NCBI GenBank assembly: GCA_045837725.1
Contig: JBEWZL010000126.1
Location: forward strand, 124,001 to 188,000
Length of the DNA stretch: 64,000 nucleotides
Reading direction: 5' to 3'
Origin: Vermamoeba vermiformis
Lineage: Eukaryota
The notes under the pieces were generated by a model that made no database searches, was not told the origin of the DNA, and was given only the letters and a program-made list of their open reading frames with translations. A program made the position numbers and the translations under genes. How positions within the stretch are numbered: position 1 is the stretch's first letter; every line of letters begins with the position of its first letter. Positions 51,008 through 63,800 of the stretch are shown one piece after another.

Positions 51008-51081
51008 TGCAGATGATAAAAATGGAATTACCGTCTGATTTTTGTGAAGACGAAAGCTTCTCTGGCACCAGAGATGATGCA
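51008..51081 (+). ncRNA. Box C/D snoRNA, snR77/SNORD65-like (SSU rRNA, double guide)
   Basis: C box ATGATAA 51013, guide TGGAATTACCG (antisense to 18S CGGUAAUUCCA), D' CTGA 51035, C' GTGAAGA 51044, second guide CTGGCACCAGA (antisense to 18S UCUGGUGCCAG), D ATGA 51074, and a terminal TGCA/TGCA stem. Confidence 0.88.
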
Positions 51082-51540
51082 TTACCCTCATTATTCTCTT
51101 ACATTTAAATCAATCGTCTTGATCGTTCAATATCTAATGACTTGTTTTCTTGACAGATGATTTCCAGCTCGATCCGCCTCGGTTGGCCACGGACTTGCTT
51201 ACATCAAAGCAGCTGATGCCAGTCGCATTGATGAAGGTTGATTACCCTTCTTCTGCGTGCTGTCACCTGCTCGCACATTACAAGTGTCCGTCCGATCCTG
51301 CTAAGATCTGACGTCGCTCGTGTTACTAATAAAAATGTTTCATTCAACACAAACACGTTTCAAATTTTATTCGCGTAGTGTAATTTGTTTGCACCTGCAG
51401 CAACAGAGGCACGTCCAAATGAGTCATACAATAACGTTTTTTTATTTTCTACACTCTTTGTCGTACAGTTTATTATAAATACTAGTGTCTATATATTATA
51501 AAAGTCATCGATGTGTGGCTGTGACTAGCTATATGATGAC

Positions 51541-53617
51541 TTAATCATCTTCCTTGTTGGGCGGGAACAGTGACAGATCTGTCCAGTAGTTGATCATCTC
51601 CATAATGTCATCTTTTTTGATCTATATTATAGTATTAATATCACTTACTATAATATATGACAGTAACATACGTTTGGATGTTCATAAGTGAATCCGGTGG
51701 CTTCAATGGCAGATCCATCGGCGTACAACTCGTTGTCTTTCATCACTTCGGGCGAGACACGAGGACTTAGCGGGGTCGATTGAATATCATATTTCTAATT
51801 TAGGTCATGAGTACATACTACGGTATATTAATAAGGAGGTATTGTGGGATATACCTACAGAGCAGAGGTCGATCCAAGGTCCCATGTGAGTGCTGTTGAT
51901 ATCTTCGACAACTTCGTTCATTGATAGCTGTAACGCATAAATCAGTAACTAATAGCATATGATATGATTGTAGTGAATTTAACATTATAAGATTTAAGAT
52001 TAGAAGAGTCGTGCCGAGGTTCGGGATCTTACCTTAGCGATACCGGCCAACAATGAATTGGTAGACTCAGTCTTAATATTCAAAATTTCTTCTAACATTT
52101 CGTTGATTTTGCCTTGAGTAGTGTCATTCTTATCGCTCAAATTGAAAATGACACCTTTGTCTTTCAAATTTGCTACGTGCCCTGTCATCAACAAGTCAGT
52201 TTAATCTCACGTTATTAATAATATAACAATTAGTTATGGCACTTACAAATAGCCTTAGCAACATCGTTTACGTGCACGGTGTTCAAGTGCAACGAATTAG
52301 GCCATAAAAATTTCATCTTTTCGTCCATCCATTTGTATAATCGAGCCAAAGTCACTCGCGGCACTAATAAATACAATAATTAATATTATAATTTGCAGAA
52401 ATAATTTAGAGTTTGGTAGTATCGAACTTACTAATTCCGTTTGAGTCTCCAGGTCCATAAATAATGCTTGGACGAAGAATAACGTACGGAATTCTAAGAA
52501 AATAAGGTATTATTAAATATTATCGCTCTAATAGTCAGTTCCGTACTTTGACGAGGTCAATAAATTCTCGCATTTGACTTTCCAATTCGCAATTGGTGTC
52601 CAGGGCTTGACTTTCGACTTCTCTTTAGCAGGTTTCTATAATAAGACACGTCTTGTTAATATATTGTACTAAATTTGTATTATTTTTAGGCTATACGTAC
52701 TTTCTTCTTGGGGTTGTAAACTTCGGCGGTTGATACTTCGATAAACTTCTTAATTGGGTGCTTGGCGGCCTCATTCACTACTGTTTGAAATACGCCGAAA
52801 ATTCTATCTTGATAGACCTGGAGTAAAAGGGTAATAATAACAGATTTCGGAACAGATCCGATTGTTTGATCCGAAAAAAGAGATTGAAATGAAGGGATAA
52901 TTGATTAATGCTAATTAGCATGCATATTTGTTGTTCGGGGTGTAGGGAATTTGAACCGGATCCAAAAAAAGTAAAAGCAAAATTCGGCAAAGTTTCGGCT
53001 CGTGAGTCGGATCCAAGCCGAAACAGTTCGTAATACTTACTGCGTCATATTCTCCGCGCTTAGACTCTCCAGCTACATTAATAACAAAATCAAAGTCACC
53101 TTGTGGAGCCTTGAATACTTTGGCGGCAGTTTCTGAAATAAAATTTAATTTAGAAATTTCTATACGGGCGTATCAGTTAAATATTCCTTAATATTAGAGT
53201 GATTGGAACTATTGTAATGCGCACGTATGTAAAATATAGCGATAATAAAGTTTGAATTTATCTTTGAAATGACATTTGACGGAATGGATAAAAATTTATT
53301 TTTTATACTGGCGCTGCATTATTCAAAATAATACCGGTAATTAACATTCTATCGCTAAAGTAATTGCCTAATAAATTTAAAAGCTATTTTTGACGGACAA
53401 ATTACCTGGCATGCTTAAGTTGCCTTGAATAAACTCCACTGCAGGATTTTTCCATTGCCTTTTGATGTTTTTGGCCTAAGTGAGCCATGCCAAACGTCAA
53501 TTTGTCGACAACACGAATGAATTTGCATAGATCCTTTTCCACCAGATACAGGACCAGATTTCGACCAACAAAGCCGAGGCCTCCCAAAATAAGTACTTGA
53601 GGTTTGTTGTCAGCCAT
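51541..53617 (-). CDS. NAD-dependent epimerase/dehydratase (extended SDR)
   Basis: VLILGGLGFVG, VINVAG, FIEVSTAEVY, ILRPSIIYGPGD and TVHVNDVA across about 9 exons. Confidence 0.88.
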
Positions 53618-53951
53618 TTTTAAGCAATTTAATACACTCGATCTGTTGGTGACACGAACAGGCCGAAAACAAAAAATGACGGCAAAATGACCCGTAGCGA
53701 ACACCTTGAAATTTCCATTGAAGAAAAGACGAACTGAGAATACCGTTGTTATTGAGCCGTAGTAACAGCTAATTATCGAGGATTTTCCGTCAGTAATAAT
53801 TTGAACAGGATCAAGATCTGGTTTGTGTCTCTCGTAAAATATTGTATCAAACTATTTTACCATTAACCAAGGTTTATTTGATCGTTGGTAAGCGATATAA
53901 AAGCTAATAGTAGCTGCTTAACGGTAGCAAATGACTTGTCGTTAAGCTTAG

Positions 53952-54847
53952 TTACTCATCGTCGCTGCTGTCAGAGTTGCCTTGTTTGGCTGCTAACTGC
54001 TGTCTTTTGATCTTTTCAGCACGTTTTTCCGCCTTGGTCTTCTTGCCGCCCTCTTTTTTTCCGCTGAGGAAAAAATGTTAGTGACCTGTGCGCGTAGTCA
54101 TGTTTGAACTATTGACTTACGAAGAGGGAGGGTTCTTGACGATGTACGAGGCCATCTTATGGTTCATGTCGGCGACTGTTACTTCACCGCAAGCCTTGCA
54201 CTTCAATCGGATCTCGCCTTTCGACGTGATCCCGATCGTAGTTTCGGGGTTGCGATCTCGTTTGCAAATGACGTACTTCTCAATGAAACCGTCCAAGATC
54301 TAGTAGTTTTAATTAATAAAAATATTATATTTTAAAATAGACTGCTTGCCTTCGCAAGAGATTCAGCCGAGTGAGCACCTGGAACGACGTAAGGATCTTG
54401 CTCAGAAGTGCGCGTGCCAAGCTCAATTCCTAAGTACTTCATCAAGTCTGCGATATTTGCGATTAGACATTTGTTAATTAATCAATATTTCCCCCAAATG
54501 ATTGTAAAGTGGGGTTGCGAAGATCGCGAGAACAGTCAAAAACAATTTAATTCGATTTTATACTCATAGATATTATTTTTTATGAATAAATATAGTACTA
54601 ATTATCTACGTACACGCTGGAGGGCGATCAAGACTCTCAGCAATTTCGTTCAGGTTTGTAATTACAGTTCTTCCATTTCCACGGCCTTCAACCTGCAAAA
54701 TAAGCATTAGATTGATATTATCATAATAAGATAATCAATATAACATACTTTGGCTAGAAGAAATGGCATCCAGTAGCGATAGCCGAGTCTATGAGGGACA
54801 TCTCGGGGAATCGTCTCCTCTCCTTCGTGCTTCTTTAAGTTCTCCAT
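53952..54847 (-). CDS. eIF5 N-terminal (eIF2B_5) domain protein lacking the W2 domain
   Basis: YRYWMP, VEGRGNG, TVITNL, LDRPP, KYLGIELG, GAH, LDGFIEKYVIC..NPET and CKACG; stops after a short Lys-rich tail. Confidence 0.82.
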
Positions 54848-55177
54848 TTTGATAAGGCGCCATACAGTTAATTAAAAATAAGTAGGTGATTGGGAAAGTT
54901 ATGAGTTGGGTTGTTGTGTTACGCGGGTGTGAAACTGAAAAAATCAAAAACACTGCGTTATTTCCAATTTATAGTAGCGTTAGCAATAAAATTGATAATT
55001 TGCACATTAATCATTATTCGATCTAAGGCGTACTTTTGGCTTCGAAGAACCAGTAGGCGGTTCAGTCGTCGACACTTTGGAAAAAACTTAAATTAATTCA
55101 AAATTTATTTAAAATCGTAAGTTAATCTTAATTGTACACGATGCCTTCTCTAAGTGCTACGCTTACACGTACGAGAA

Positions 55178-55468
55178 CTATTTCTTTTCGGTAGATGGCT
55201 GCTGCGCAGAACTGTCAACCGTCCGATCAGGCAGCCTGATTGGCTCGAGCACTTCAAAACCAAGTTTGCCACTTGTTAGATTCAACATTCGAGGACGAGG
55301 AATGCTAGGTTCTATAATAATAGTCACATTAGTTACTGGAGTCCTTTGTATTCAAATGAAGATCTGGCTGTTTGATAAGGGCTTACCCTTGGGTGTTATT
55401 GGGACCGATTTAGCTACTGTCGGGGTTGTATTGGGGACGTTCGCTTTCGTATTATCAGAATCAGCCAT
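55178..55468 (-). CDS. Predicted 71-aa disordered microprotein (2 exons)
   Basis: ATG in an AAC context, a canonical 75-nt intron 55312-55386 (GTAAGC...CTAAT...TAG), and an open spliced frame MADSDNTK...STEKK*. Confidence 0.55.
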
Positions 55469-55698
55469 GTTGTTGCTAGTAAAATGTAATCAAAACAATT
55501 TAAGGCCAGCCGCACGTTCGAAACTATTCGCCGTTGAAATTTCTCTTCCCGTTTGACTTAGTTTGCAAGTCCTACGAATAGCAATAATGTTGAAGATTTC
55601 AATGAATAGTGGTGCTTAATAGTAATATGAGTTTTAAGAAGCGAATTGGTCCAGATTTGAATCCAGATCGTTTAGCCTCGGCGGTTGCTCCAAATATC

Positions 55699-56758
55699 TT
55701 ATTCTACTTGAAACACTTCCACCTCTTCTATTAGATACTGAGTATATGGCCCTGTTCCTCGCATACCAAAGTGTTTTGGTGATTCATAAGCGTAACTTCC
55801 TTGGATCCGACAATAGCCTTCATTCGGAAACAAGCCTATTTGGTTAAAAATGATTACAATTACTAAAATATTACTTCCGTGGTTATAACGTTTCACGAAG
55901 AGGCCTTAATACTTAAATTATCGATAATTGTACGTACTTAAATCAAAATTTTCTGTATCATAATTTCCAAAGCAAGGACCAGTAGACGGTGAAGAGTAGA
56001 TTCCAGCATTATTCTTCGCACTAAATTTAGAGGGCACTGAATACGTCACTGCAAATAACCAAGACTGCGGTGAAGGATAGATAAAGCCTGAATCGTTCCA
56101 GATGCGCTCGGTAAATCCGCCGAATATCAATTGCTGTTGCGTCTTGACTACTGTTAATGTTGGCCCTTTGTCGTCACATAAATGATGAAAATCTTGCGCT
56201 AAATTGCCGTCGCGACTTCCTTAAATGGAAATTAATTTGGATCCACTTTTCATGAAAGACTGTAAAAATATCTTACTTCGATATAGCAGCTGTCCTGATC
56301 TTATTCCACATTCTGATAGGAATTGTAGCAGTGCCTCGGTCAGTATTGTCGAATCTAGAACTAATTTTGGTATTACGACTTCATAAAGTCCATAATAATT
56401 TAACTCTTCTTTTAATATTTCTTTCTTCGTTAAGCAATGTGGCCAATGAAATTTTCCGGTTTGCAAAAACGTCAGAATCGTTTTGAATGGTTCTGAAGGA
56501 CGATCGATAAAAAAATATCCGTCTGTATCTTTTATAATTGGATGACGACCGCTAAACATGGCCTCCAACATCGTTCCTTAAATAAATATATTAGTGTTAA
56601 TTTATTTAAAATTCATATTGCAGAATGGGCGCCATTTTACACTTTGAATTGGAGACTGTCAAGTTACCTTCGTATTTGCATAGTGTAGTTCTGTACGTGG
56701 AAAAATACTCTCCACCAACATTTAATTTCAGAATAGATTCGCTGATTATACTGTTCAT
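55699..56758 (-). CDS. BTB/POZ (KCTD-type) + TLDc domain protein
   Basis: LKLNVGG...TTL...MLEAMFSG...FFIDR (BTB); LLYR|GSRDG, FHHLCDDKGPTLTVV, IFGGFT, GPCFG and IEEVEVF (TLDc). Confidence 0.9.
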
Positions 56759-57888
56759 GACGACGAAGCAAATAAACAAAAGTGACCGTTTTTGCTTCTA
56801 GTTATCGGCCGATAACTAAACACAATACTTTAGTTTCAAGCTGTATATGAAAATGCGATATCAATATCAATTATTTGGGGCCGGCTTGGTTGGCGTTGAA
56901 GAACTGTCGTAAGCTTTGATCTTAAGATCCAATGATTTTGTTAACACGTAATAATTCGGAAAAAATATTTATAATTATCTAGTACTGTTCTACATTATTA
57001 CAATCCAACTTGTTGTGTCGGATTTGACGTTGTGGAAAATTTTATGATTTGTACGTTCCGGTTAGTAAAATCAACTTTTTAACCTCCATTTGGAAAAGGG
57101 TATTAATACTTTTCTAATAGGCGCCAGATAATTATTTGGACGTTTATGACCAGCGCCCATCGAAGTAATTGAGACTGAGACTTCAATTCGATGCGACATT
57201 AGTGCACGCGTATGCGTAAATTTCAATTTAATTAATTTGCTAATACTTTGCAATAGCATAAGAAATCACGAGTCATTCCGGAGTGACATTTAGATTGACA
57301 TTCTACAGTTCCTGCAGGAATTTGCGTTTCAATTCCAAATTAGTCCAAGTCTCACGGTTGCATCGATGACGAAGCTACTATATCAAAAAAGAATAGGCAC
57401 ATTATTTATCTCCAAGTTATCTCGTGCACAATGGACAGCGGAGGTCGAAGAATTTCGCCGTGTTCGAGGGATTTGAATAGCTTCGGTAATTATCATCCAG
57501 GATAGTCCATATATAGGTATGTAATTACTGTGGTATTAATTTACTGTTGCCGTTGATCTTGTTTGAAATTTGTACGTTGCAGTACACAACAGCGAAAATT
57601 CACAAATTGCATCCAGTTTTCTTGTGCAATGCGACTTGGTTATTTAATGCTCACTATGAGTCATTTAATGAAACAGTGACCAAGAAGTATTATTCATTGT
57701 TAATTTGACCTCTTTTGTGTTTGCAAATTAAATTCGCTGTCAATTACAGTTGACAATTTTAGTGTGATTCCAGTGGGAATAAAATTCGCTCCTCGTTTCT
57801 CTTTTTTCATTCACTCACACTAACCAATTCAATCGAAGCCACAAGAGAGGTTTATAAACTTAGTCCCAAAGTCCTCTTGCTAGATCTG

Positions 57889-60800
57889 ATGGCTTACACG
57901 ATGCGCAAACTTGTACTTTTATCGTTGCTGTTTGTAGTGCTCATCGCTTCTATCCACGCAGCATGCACTAGTAGTAGTAAGTATCATTAATTAGGCCACG
58001 AAGAGCTCTTTCTAATACTTCTTTTTCCAGACAAACCAACTGGATCGCCAAATCCGAAGTTTTTGGATGTTCCTGTTTCTGACCAAATCCTCAACTATGT
58101 TGATACTTTATTCCCGTCTGGCAAGACACCTCACTCAAGCGTCGCTGCTTCAACTGATATTTTAGTGAAGCTTATTACCGTAAGTGAAACCAAACTTTTT
58201 TTGTTGTGTACGAAGAGGATGTGTTCTGAAAAGCATAACAAAAGTTTTCTTCTTTTGCTAACTCCATTCCAATGCTATGTAGGACTCTAACATCACCTTC
58301 ACTTTCGTTTCGGAAGGCGCCGGTAACAGAAATCAATTTGGCTACTTTTTGTACGACCCCACATCCAAGGTAGCCCCGACCAGAGTAATGATCTTCCCCG
58401 ATTGCACTTGGGTACAGGAAGGAGGTTGCATGTACTCCGGTTCCAGCGTCAAAGTTGGACCTATTCCCGCAAAATCGCAAGTCGGTTTTTGGATCAAATC
58501 CGACGGCTACACAAACAGCAACGGATACGTCTATTACTCTGTGCATAACACTAGCACTCCTGTGAAGAGTCCTGATGGTCTTCGTCACACTGCTTGGGTC
58601 GGAGTTGAAAACAACATCACCCTCATCGGATTCGAAGATCTTTACAACCTTGGTGACAAGGATTACAATGACGGTAAGTGCGAAGAAACCTAACGGTTGG
58701 ATGACCATTCAAAATTACACGTTAATTTGCGTTGCAATTTCATCGTTTGACATTTCCCAAAAAGATCTTCCGACCGCAATTACTAACACGTGCTTTTCTT
58801 GAATAGTTATGTTCTTCATGACTATTGAGGGAAGATACAACGACGAAGATATTCCTCAATACGAAAACGGAACTTTGCAAGTTTGCTCAGATGCAGAGAT
58901 CACAACGTACACAGAATACCAATGCACTCAATATGCCGCCTTGACTGCTCGTAACCCTTCTAGCTGCATCGGATACCTTCGTGTGCCAACTGGATGGACT
59001 TTAGCCCCCGACACACTTGACACACGAAATGCCGTTGTTGCCGCAACAGCCGCCGGAGTTTCTTTTGGATCTCAATGCGTCGTTTTGGCAAGCGGCAAAG
59101 GAGTGAATGTAAAGACTGGTTTGGATTGCGGTAGCGGATTATTGAAGGTCTTCAAGTCGGATAACAAATGTTTCAACGTGGATTGCGAGTACACGATGCT
59201 GATCAAGGGTCAAACTATCGGACGTAAGTACTCTAACACCACTATATGCTACTCAATTCATTAATTGACCTAACTGAATTGTTTCTAGAATGTTCTGGTT
59301 CACAAGATCTAACTTGCAACCCTGCGACCAATGCCAAGTTGTTGTCCCGATTCCCCACCACTCAAGTCGACATCCCTGTCTACCCTAGCCAATATAACGT
59401 CTACTTGAGCAACTTGGTTGGCACTGCCGCTTCAATTGATCTCCCCGTCATCGTCAAGGTTCCCAGCTCACCCAAGGTCGACGTCATGGTATTGGTTGAT
59501 TTGAACGGTTTGAGTGCCAGCTACCTTTCCACTTTGCGCACCCAAGTTTCGACCTTGTTCTCCAGCATGAATTCAAAGAGCTACAATCCTTTGATGGGTA
59601 TTGCTACTATCGACGCCACCGGCAAAGTCAACGTGCTTACTACATTAGCTTCGTCTGCTACTACTATCACCAACGCCCTCAACAACATTCAGACCAGCAG
59701 CGCCACCGCATCTGCTACCCCTATCACTCAAGCCTTGTTGAACAACATCTACACTAACACTGGCCTTGGTTGGAGACAATCTGGCACTTACAACTCGGTC
59801 TTGGTCATCACCAGCAAGCCTTTCTCCGCCGCCGTCGACTTGGGTTCTACCTCACGTGCTACTCGCGTGTTCCCTGTCTTCTTGGCTCCTTCTGCTGTTA
59901 GCGCTTCTTACATCAGCTTGGCTGCTGACCAACCCTTCGCCTTTGCTGACACGATGGCTGATTCCTACAACAACATCGCCACTAAGGCAATTGCGCTCAT
60001 TGACACATTCGTAAAGACCATTAAGTTTGACACTGCTGTTGATTTGACTCCTAATGGCTTCGTGTCATCTTTGCCCACTACTATGACCGGTGTCGCCTTC
60101 AGCCAAACTTTGAACAGAACCATAACTTTGCGCTACCCTAGCGGCACTGTCTCGATCCCTTCAGTACCTTTTGAAGTCAACGTTGCCGTTTGGGGCTTCG
60201 GTACCTTGGCCATTAATGTTAATGTCAACAGAGCCCCGACTGCTGTTGCCAAGCCTCCTATCAACTTGAACGAAGACGATTCTACGACCTTCTCCGTCGC
60301 TGGTCAAGACGCTGACAACAATGTCTTGAACGTTGTTTACTTGAGCGTGTCTCCTCCTTCCGAACAGTCTGGCTTCAAGACCTCATCTGGCAGTGCTATT
60401 GTTTTCAACACAGCTTCTTACACCGATTTCTCTGGCATCTACGTTCCTTCTTCGAACTACTACGGCACCACAGTGCTTTCTTTCCTCGTTCGTGACGGAT
60501 GTGTCAACAGCACCATCGGTACTTTGACCTTCCAAGTTGCCAATGTCAATGACGCCCCTGTTGCTCGTCCTATCTGGCGCACTATTGACGAAGACACCAA
60601 CGCCGTAATCTTCTTCAACAACACCATCATTACCGACATTGACAACGATTGGAGCACATTGACCGTCCTCGTTCAAGAGTTCCCCTTAAAGGATCCTACT
60701 CGTCTTGCTAACGGCAATGCTGCTGGTACTTCTTGGACTCCCTTGACCGAGTTGGCTGTTGCGCCTGTCACAATCACCAACAAGTACTTGCGCTACACTC

Positions 60801-63800
60801 CTTCTGCAAACTGGAACGGTCAAGTCTCCTTCAAGTACTCCGTGCAAGATCCTTCTTCTGCATTTTCAACTAGCACTATTACCATCAAGGTCAACCCCGT
60901 CAATGACGCTCCTGTTTCGGAAAACATCTCGCTGCGTACTAAGGAAGATACTCCGATTACGTTCACTCCTACTGCCTTTGATATTGATGGTGATGTAATT
61001 ACGTACGAGATTGTCACTTTGCCCAATACCGGCTCTGTTGTCCGTACCATCGACAATAGCAACATTGTTGTCGGAAAGTTCGTCTCCAACCCTGCTAATT
61101 GGACTATGAAGTACACTCCTCCTGCTGACCAATACAGCGCAACTACGCCCTTGACTACCTTCATTTTCCGAGTCACTGATCCTAACGGCGGTGTTTCTCC
61201 CAATTACACTGTTTCCATCTTTGTCGATCCTGTCAATGATCCTCCAACCGCTGACAGTTTTGAGGTTACCACTCAAGAAGACACCAATGTTGCTATTCCT
61301 TTTGCCACTAGAGTTCATGACGTTGATGACGTTCCTTCAACCCTTAAGGTGTACATCAAGAGTCCTCCTATGACCACTTTGGGTCGTCTCGTTGACGGAT
61401 CTACCATCACAACTAGCAACGTGCTCTTGGCCGGTCAAACCGTCACCTTCCAACCCTTCCAAGATCAAAATGGCGACGTTACCTTCACTTACTACGTCAA
61501 GGATGCTGCTGGTTTGGTGTCCAACGACGCTACTGTCAAGGTCACTGTCACCCCTGTCAACGATCCTCCTCGCTTGACTGCTCCCACTACTTCTTACGTC
61601 TCAAAGGTCTTTGGCAGCGTCTCAGTCACTTTGTCCATGACTGACCCGGATCTCGGCGCTGCTGAACAATTGACTTTGACGGTCACCAACAACCAATTGG
61701 GCACTCTTGTTCCCAACTTGAACGTCACTACTGGCTTCTCTGTTGGTACTTACGTTGCCCCTGGCACCACTCCCAACTTGGCTAACTAGCTGGCCTAACA
61801 GTGAGGACGGATCAGCTCTCGTGACCGTTCTTACTTGGAACCCTACCGTCACTCAAACTCCTGGTACCACTGGCACTTTCACCGTTCGAGCTACTGATAA
61901 GCTTGGAGCTGCTTCCAACAGCATTGTCATTACTCTTGGCATTGCTGACAACACTCCTCCTACCGTCACTACACCCAACACACCGACTATTGACGAAGAC
62001 ACCTCCGCTACTGACATTCGTTTGTTCGGTACTGACGTTGATGCGATTGACACTGCCAACCTGACTTTGACAATTTCTCAATTGCCCGTTAATGGCCGCT
62101 TGAAGCACAAAAATTCTTACATCACCGCCCCTGGCTTCAAATTGACGACTAGCGGTGACGTTACCGGCACTTGGGCCTTCGTTGATTACGAGCCTAACAA
62201 GGACTACAACGGCGTTGACAGCTTCAAGTTCTTCGCTTCTGACAAGGCTGGTGCCTCATCTCCTGAAGCCACTGGTCAAATCATTATCACTTCTATCAAC
62301 GACGCTCCTGTTGGCAGCAATGTCACTGTTCGTGGTCCCGAAGACACTCTTTTCACCATCACTACCATCACTGCTAGCGATGTTGACGGTGACGCTTTGA
62401 CCATGCAAATCGTTTCAGCCCCTGGTTCAGCCGCTTCTTTCAGCGCTGACGCCAACACTTTTGTTGTGACTTACCGACCTCCCGCCAACGCTCACAGCAA
62501 CCCTGTTGGAGCGCCTTACACTACCTTCACTTATCGTTTCACTGACATTCACGGTGCCACTTCTCCAATCTACACAGCGACCATCATCGTCGATCCTGTG
62601 AACGATCCTCCCGCTGCTGAAGACTTCGAGGTTACTACTCCTGAAGACACCAGTGTTTTGATTGACTTCTCGAGCCACGTGTCAGATATTGATGGCGACA
62701 CTCCTCTCACTATCAGCGTTAGATCTTTGCCCGAATACGGTTCGTCTGTACTCTGGCACTGACGGCGCTTTTACTACCGTCATCACTGCTACCCCTGCCA
62801 ATGCACCTCAACAAAAGCTCCAGTTCAGACCCAAGTTGAACGCGAACGGTCAAACATCATTCATCTACACTGTGACTGATCCTTCTGGTGCCTCTGACAG
62901 CGCAGTTGTCACGATCACTATCACGCCTGTCAACGATCCTCCTGTCTCGCAAAACGTTGTCCTTCGTACTCTCGAAGACACCACTCTCAACTTCACTTTG
63001 AGCGGTAGTGACATCGAGAACGATCCTGTCAGCCTCGTGATCTTGTCTGTGCCTGCCACTGGTGACTTGACCAGTGCCGCGGATAGCTTCTACATCAGAG
63101 AGACTCCTTACTCAATGAATACTCCAGCTGCCTTCAGCTACATTCCTCCTCAGAACTTCTACACCACCAATGATGCTCCTCTCGTCTTCCACTTCTACGC
63201 CTTTGACGGCACTGACCGCAGTGTCTTGAACTACACTGTGACCATTTACGTCGATTCAGTGAACGATCCTCCCACTAGCGCCGACGAGTTCATTAAGACT
63301 CAAGAAGACACTCCAGTCAGCTTCACTTTGTCTGCTCTTGACGCTGAAGACGATTCCTCGCTCGTCGTTGCCGTTGTCACCGGCATCACTGACGGAGATA
63401 ACCGTGGCATTTTCTACACTTCATCTGACAAGTCCAAGCGAATTGTTACCGGAACTGTCTTGACTAGCCCAAGAACCGTTTACTTCGTGCCTGCTCCCGA
63501 CGCTTACAGCAACCCTAGCACTGTTCCTTTGGCTTCACTCAAGTTCCAAGTACGTGACACTGAAGACCTTGTCAGTGTCGCCGAATACAATGCCCTTGTC
63601 TACGTGACACCTGTCAATGATCCTGCTGTTTACAACGGCGCCAGTGAAGTTACTATCGATGAAGACACGAGCATTGATTTGGCCTTGATGAACCAAGTCA
63701 AGGACGTGGATGACACTGTCAACACCGACATGACCGTGAAGATCACTGCAATTACCGGTCGCGGAACTTTCTCCGAGTGCGCTCAAGATGTCAACAACTG

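Larger units (their letters stand above)
50640..51350 (+). ncRNA. Putative non-coding snoRNA host gene (3 exons; introns 50723-50903 and 50963-51156)
   Basis: Canonical GTAAGT/GTAAGC donors, branch points and YAG acceptors, only very short ORFs in the spliced product, AATAAA near 51328, and a snoRNA in each intron. Transcript ends are estimates. Confidence 0.7.

Noticed and set aside
51157-51315. Possible third C/D snoRNA in the last exon of the snoRNA host gene
   Set aside because: TGATGA and CTGA words are present, but I could not identify an rRNA guide or a terminal stem.
52992-53024. 9-bp inverted repeat GTTTCGGCT/AGCCGAAAC in an epimerase intron
   Set aside because: It is short, with no snoRNA boxes, tRNA features or target-site duplication.
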